Assembly: GCA_051294905.1 (NCBI GenBank) | Contig: CM119384.1 | Location: 9,300,001 to 9,364,000 of the forward strand | Direction: 5' to 3' | DNA from: Botryllus schlosseri | Lineage: Eukaryota | DNA length: 64,000 bases | Shown: piece after piece, positions 60,240 to 64,000 of the stretch | Numbering within the stretch: the first letter of the stretch is position 1 | How the letters are laid out: each line of letters opens with the position of its first letter | The notes under the pieces: generated by a model | Database searches by the model: none | What the model was told of the DNA's origin: nothing | What the model saw: only the letters and a program-made list of their open reading frames with translations | Program-made: the position numbers and the translations under genes

Positions 60240-60943
60240 GTCAATATCCTCTTATTGCATCTTCACTTCATGGATCACATAGGAACTAATCGATTGGCCT
60301 TAGCCGTAAGTGCTGTTGATGGACCGTCAGTTCATTGATACATCGCTCTATATTTAGATCATATACATGAGTGACATGGAGGCTCTCAAGTTTACTATTA
60401 AGTGCTTCGTATGCGGCCCTCAATGATGCGTATTTTATAGCCAACTCCGTCCAGTTCTCAGCCTGAGTGGCTCTTGATTGATCTTTCACGCCGTTAGTGG
60501 TTTGATGTGATGTGGATCGGATTTCTCGTCGACGATCAACGTCGGACACAGCTGCGTCACATCCGTTCCACGTAGCAGGCCGTATACCTAATAGCGGCGC
60601 TCGTACGCCGAGTGTTTTTGTATGTTTTGCTACTCCGCGCAGGTTGCCGCGTCTGTGTTACGTGGTACATGGCGCCGCGAATATTCACGTATTTTGGGTA
60701 GATTTGCGGACTGTTGAGATGCAGAACGTTATAGGCGTTGCATATGAAGGAGCACATATATTTTTGTGTCATCCGGTAATGTCAGTATTTCTTGAGGTAT
60801 GGATGTGAAGTGATACTGATCCTGTATCTTGCATCCGCGTCACAATCTATGCGTTTGTTATATTATATTTTGATTCAACTTCCTTCGACACAGTCTGTCA
60901 AGTTACGTAGATTGCAATCTACAATATGGAAAGTGACAGCATT

Positions 60944-61125
60944 TGTGACATCGGGCACTCTAGGCCGAGGTGGATGTTAGAGTAAAGGATCGCTACTGAA
61001 GTACTGATGCGTGTCGTTCGACATCCTCCTATCTGTTCGTGACATCACATTGTGTATTAACGCATTGTACATTGTGTGTGACTTGTTCAGATCAAAAATA
61101 TATCTCAACCATGTTATGTTATGTG
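60944..61125 (+). mobile_element. 5'-truncated retroposon tail shared with SINE family 2
   Basis: Near-identical to about 46830-47010 (TGTGACATCGGGCACTCTAGGCCGAGG...TTGTTCAGATCAAAAATATATC); no tRNA head. Confidence 0.85.
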
Positions 61126-62107
61126 TGTCACATACGTATGATGCAATGCTTTATGTAATTGAGTGTTAAATGCAGATATAGATACAGTGAACTGACTGAA
61201 GCGTATTTGTGGTAGATTAACGTCGGTGCCTGCCAAATGACGGATTTAGTGGTATATTTTATGCAAACCATTCCTGTGCTTGTCCACATCAGAAGCAATC
61301 TGGTTCTGATTTCAATTTTTCCCTTGCAACTGTATTTCTTTTGTATACATATCCAGAAAATTGGTTCATAAAATTGAATAATATACATTCTCTACAGTTC
61401 ATTTTCTGCTAGGGAGGTTAGCAGTAGAACTAATCATCCTGCATCTCAAATACCTGAATTTTTTCGGATTGACTCTTGGATAGCGCTTCCTTTGCCATTT
61501 TGTAAGTATTATATTAATTATAGTGATTGGCAGTGCATGTACAATTATTTGAACCTAATGCACACATAAGAATTTGCATTTTTAGTGCTATAGTCGGAAT
61601 GCCACGATGGCATTGATGAATGAATGATATTCAATGATGCTACCTATCCTTTATAGAGTAAATTGTAAAGTTCCATGGAGTTGTAGTGTTTTCTATGGGC
61701 CTCAGTTCTATTTGAATTATGTGGTCATCGTCTGTGTTAGTGAACATGGACATGGATCAATTGATTTTGGCATAGTGCTCAAGATTCTTACTGCACATCG
61801 ATCCTCTTGGGAAATCAAAGAGTTATTTTGTGATGACGCTGGTTAGAATATCATCAAAGCCATTGTTCCTCTGGCCAGCTTGAGGGTGTACTATAATCCA
61901 GGTCATTGATGGAAACGTATGGCGGTAATTGGTGGTAACTGACAACTATGAGATAACATATGTAATGCCTTATTGCCTTATGATATAGTTTCAAAACTAT
62001 TTGTGCAGAGATATGGCTACAGATTATTTTCAGTGCTAAGAATTTACTCATTTTATTTTTTCTGTCTCAAGGGTTTGGAGGTGCATGACCCAGAACGGAT
62101 ATAGACT

Positions 62108-63783
62108 ATGAGTTCCGAAATCGCTCAAATAAATGGCTCCAGTGAGTTCTATTTGTGGCAATTTTATCATTTTCATGTGTATTTTAACGATGATCTGTAT
62201 TCTAGTTGGAGGCCAAGATGACATTCCATTGTACTCCGAGGCATTCCCGGCTTTGGCCACAGGAAACAGGTCCGGTAGTCCAACGGCAATTGTTAACGAA
62301 TGGACGAATCAAAAAGTGCAGCGATTGAAATCCAGCATCGTTACCCAGGTATTGTGCCTCGATCATCTTTATAATTCTGCTGCGGAAAACAATGTTCTGT
62401 TCTCTTTGAATGCTTAGTAACTTTCATACTAGTTACTAACAAACCTATTCCCATGTTTCAGCTTTTTCAAATCCCGATGGAGGAGAGAACTTTCAAGCAC
62501 ACCGAGAATTTTGGCCAGTCCCAGCAAGACCAAAACAAAGCTTGTCTGGATATCATGCAAAGAACGGGCGCCCACATTGAAATGTCGACATGTAAAGACG
62601 GATCACTCTCGTTGCTGGTCTCTGGTCAAATGGAAATGGTGCTGAAGGCTAGAAGGGAGATTTACAACAAGCTGCAGACACAGGTGTGTATTTCCACGGT
62701 GTGAATATGCCAGAAAACGACATGTGTACATTTGTTACAGGCAAGGATTACACTGGACATACCGAAGGAACACCACCGTGTTATTCTCGGAAAAGGTGGC
62801 ACCCGATTGCAAAAGCTTGAATTGGAGACAGCGACCAAGATCAATGTTCCAAGACTGGAGGATAATAGCCGCTCGATAACGATCATTGGTACCCAGGACG
62901 GCATAAGTCGAGCACGGCATGAAATTCAACTGATATCAGAAGAACAAGTGAGGAATCCTGTGTTTTGTTCGTCAACAATACCCGGTGATATATTCATATT
63001 GAAATAAACTCTAAGCGGTTGTTCGTGTCGATTATTCGACTTTTCATACCTGTGATGTCATATTTAGTGATACAACTGTTGATTTACAAAGCTCTTATGA
63101 ACTCTCCACTAGTTGTTGACAATTACCCCTGACTAGTGTCAGCCAAGAATATTCAGATTGATTTCAATATAAATATTAGTTAATTGTATATTGTGAATGT
63201 ATTCAATTGTCTAATTCTATAACTTCTGCACTGCATCTCCCACTATAGCAATCTACGAATCTGTTTTCCAGTCGAAGCTTGCTATCGAGAGACTGAATGT
63301 GGAAAAAGAGTTTCACCCGTTCATTAGCGGGCCGAGGAACGAACTTGCGCAACGTGTTGAGAAGGTGTGAATTTCAACTTATTCCTGGTTGCTGTCTTGC
63401 ATTGCGGGGCTGGCGCTTTGCTGCTATTTTGCCATCTTAGCTACAAGTTGTTGCATCGTTCATATTATACATGTAATTCCCTCTGTGTGTGATCATGAAT
63501 TGATATTTTGTAGGAACACTCGGTACGCATCCATATACCACCGCCAAGTGTCAAAAAGAATGAAATCGTTGTTACTGGTGAAAAGGAAGGCGTGATCAAA
63601 GCAGTGAAAATCATCCAGGATATGTACCACCGAAAGGTATTGTATATATACTTTTATTGTGTGGTGATGAGTTTACTAAAACCGCATTTTTGCTTCCAGA
63701 AATCTCGCTGCACGGTTATCAACATTGAAGTGAACAAGGCCCAACATAAATATATCATAGGTCAGCGTGGATCGACATTGCAG
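62108..63783 (+). CDS. HDLBP: Vigilin (high density lipoprotein-binding protein), first seven coding exons; continues beyond the window
   Basis: Exons 62108-62141, 62206-62348 (YSEAFPAL), 62462-62683 (IPMEER...IMQRTGAHIE), 62741-62947 (IPKEHHRVILGKGG), 63272-63364 (VEKEFHPFISGP), 63514-63636 and 63700-63783 (QHKYIIGQRG). Phases are consistent and the exons encode KH domains. Confidence 0.96.
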
Positions 63784-64000
63784 GTGTGTGCTCGTGCTTC
63801 TGATTTGAATGTGAAATAACATTCATCAAGTCGACTGTCATTATGACGTGGTGAAATCAGGCTCTTTGTACCAGGAAGTGTGAAATGAAATGTGTTCCTG
63901 TGTACAGAACTGGCGTTGCCAGCTGTTCAACAGAAGTTGTTGATACTGCATTCTTGGTCGTTTTCCGCCTGTATTTCATCACAACTGATTTGCCAGAATG

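Noticed and set aside
60690-60830. Minus-strand peptide IPQEILTLPDD as the start of a LEKR1-like gene
   Set aside because: The similarity is too short, the CxxCG motif is missing and the frame closes immediately.

Overview
Eukaryotic (animal) genomic DNA that is AT-rich and uses GT-AG introns. Intron sizes are bimodal: a minimal class of about 57-77 nt, and kb-scale introns packed with transposons. The compact introns, gene set and operon-like spacing suggest an ascidian/tunicate; that is inference, not proven. Six genes were assembled by hand with consistent splice phases: the 3' end of HGH1 (+), NAA20 (+, 3 exons, 177 aa), FNDC3 (+, 22 coding exons, about 1270 aa, 9 FN3 repeats plus a C-terminal TM), WDR86 (-, 9 exons, 429 aa), an intronless FLVCR/SLC49-like MFS transporter (-, 685 aa) and the 5' part of vigilin/HDLBP (+). 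The remainder is dominated by many non-autonomous hAT-type elements with 8-bp target-site duplications, nested up to four deep. There are also three decayed transposase remnants, a LINE fragment, two tRNA-derived SINE families and a high-copy ~125-bp repeat. The best leads are a probable SL-trans-spliced HGH1-NAA20 operon, an FLVCR-like transporter that appears to have lost the choline-binding pocket and carries a lysosomal dileucine motif, an unexplained 211-codon antisense ORF in FNDC3, and a perfect 38-bp palindrome. Comparisons with human and other proteins are from memory, not from database searches.
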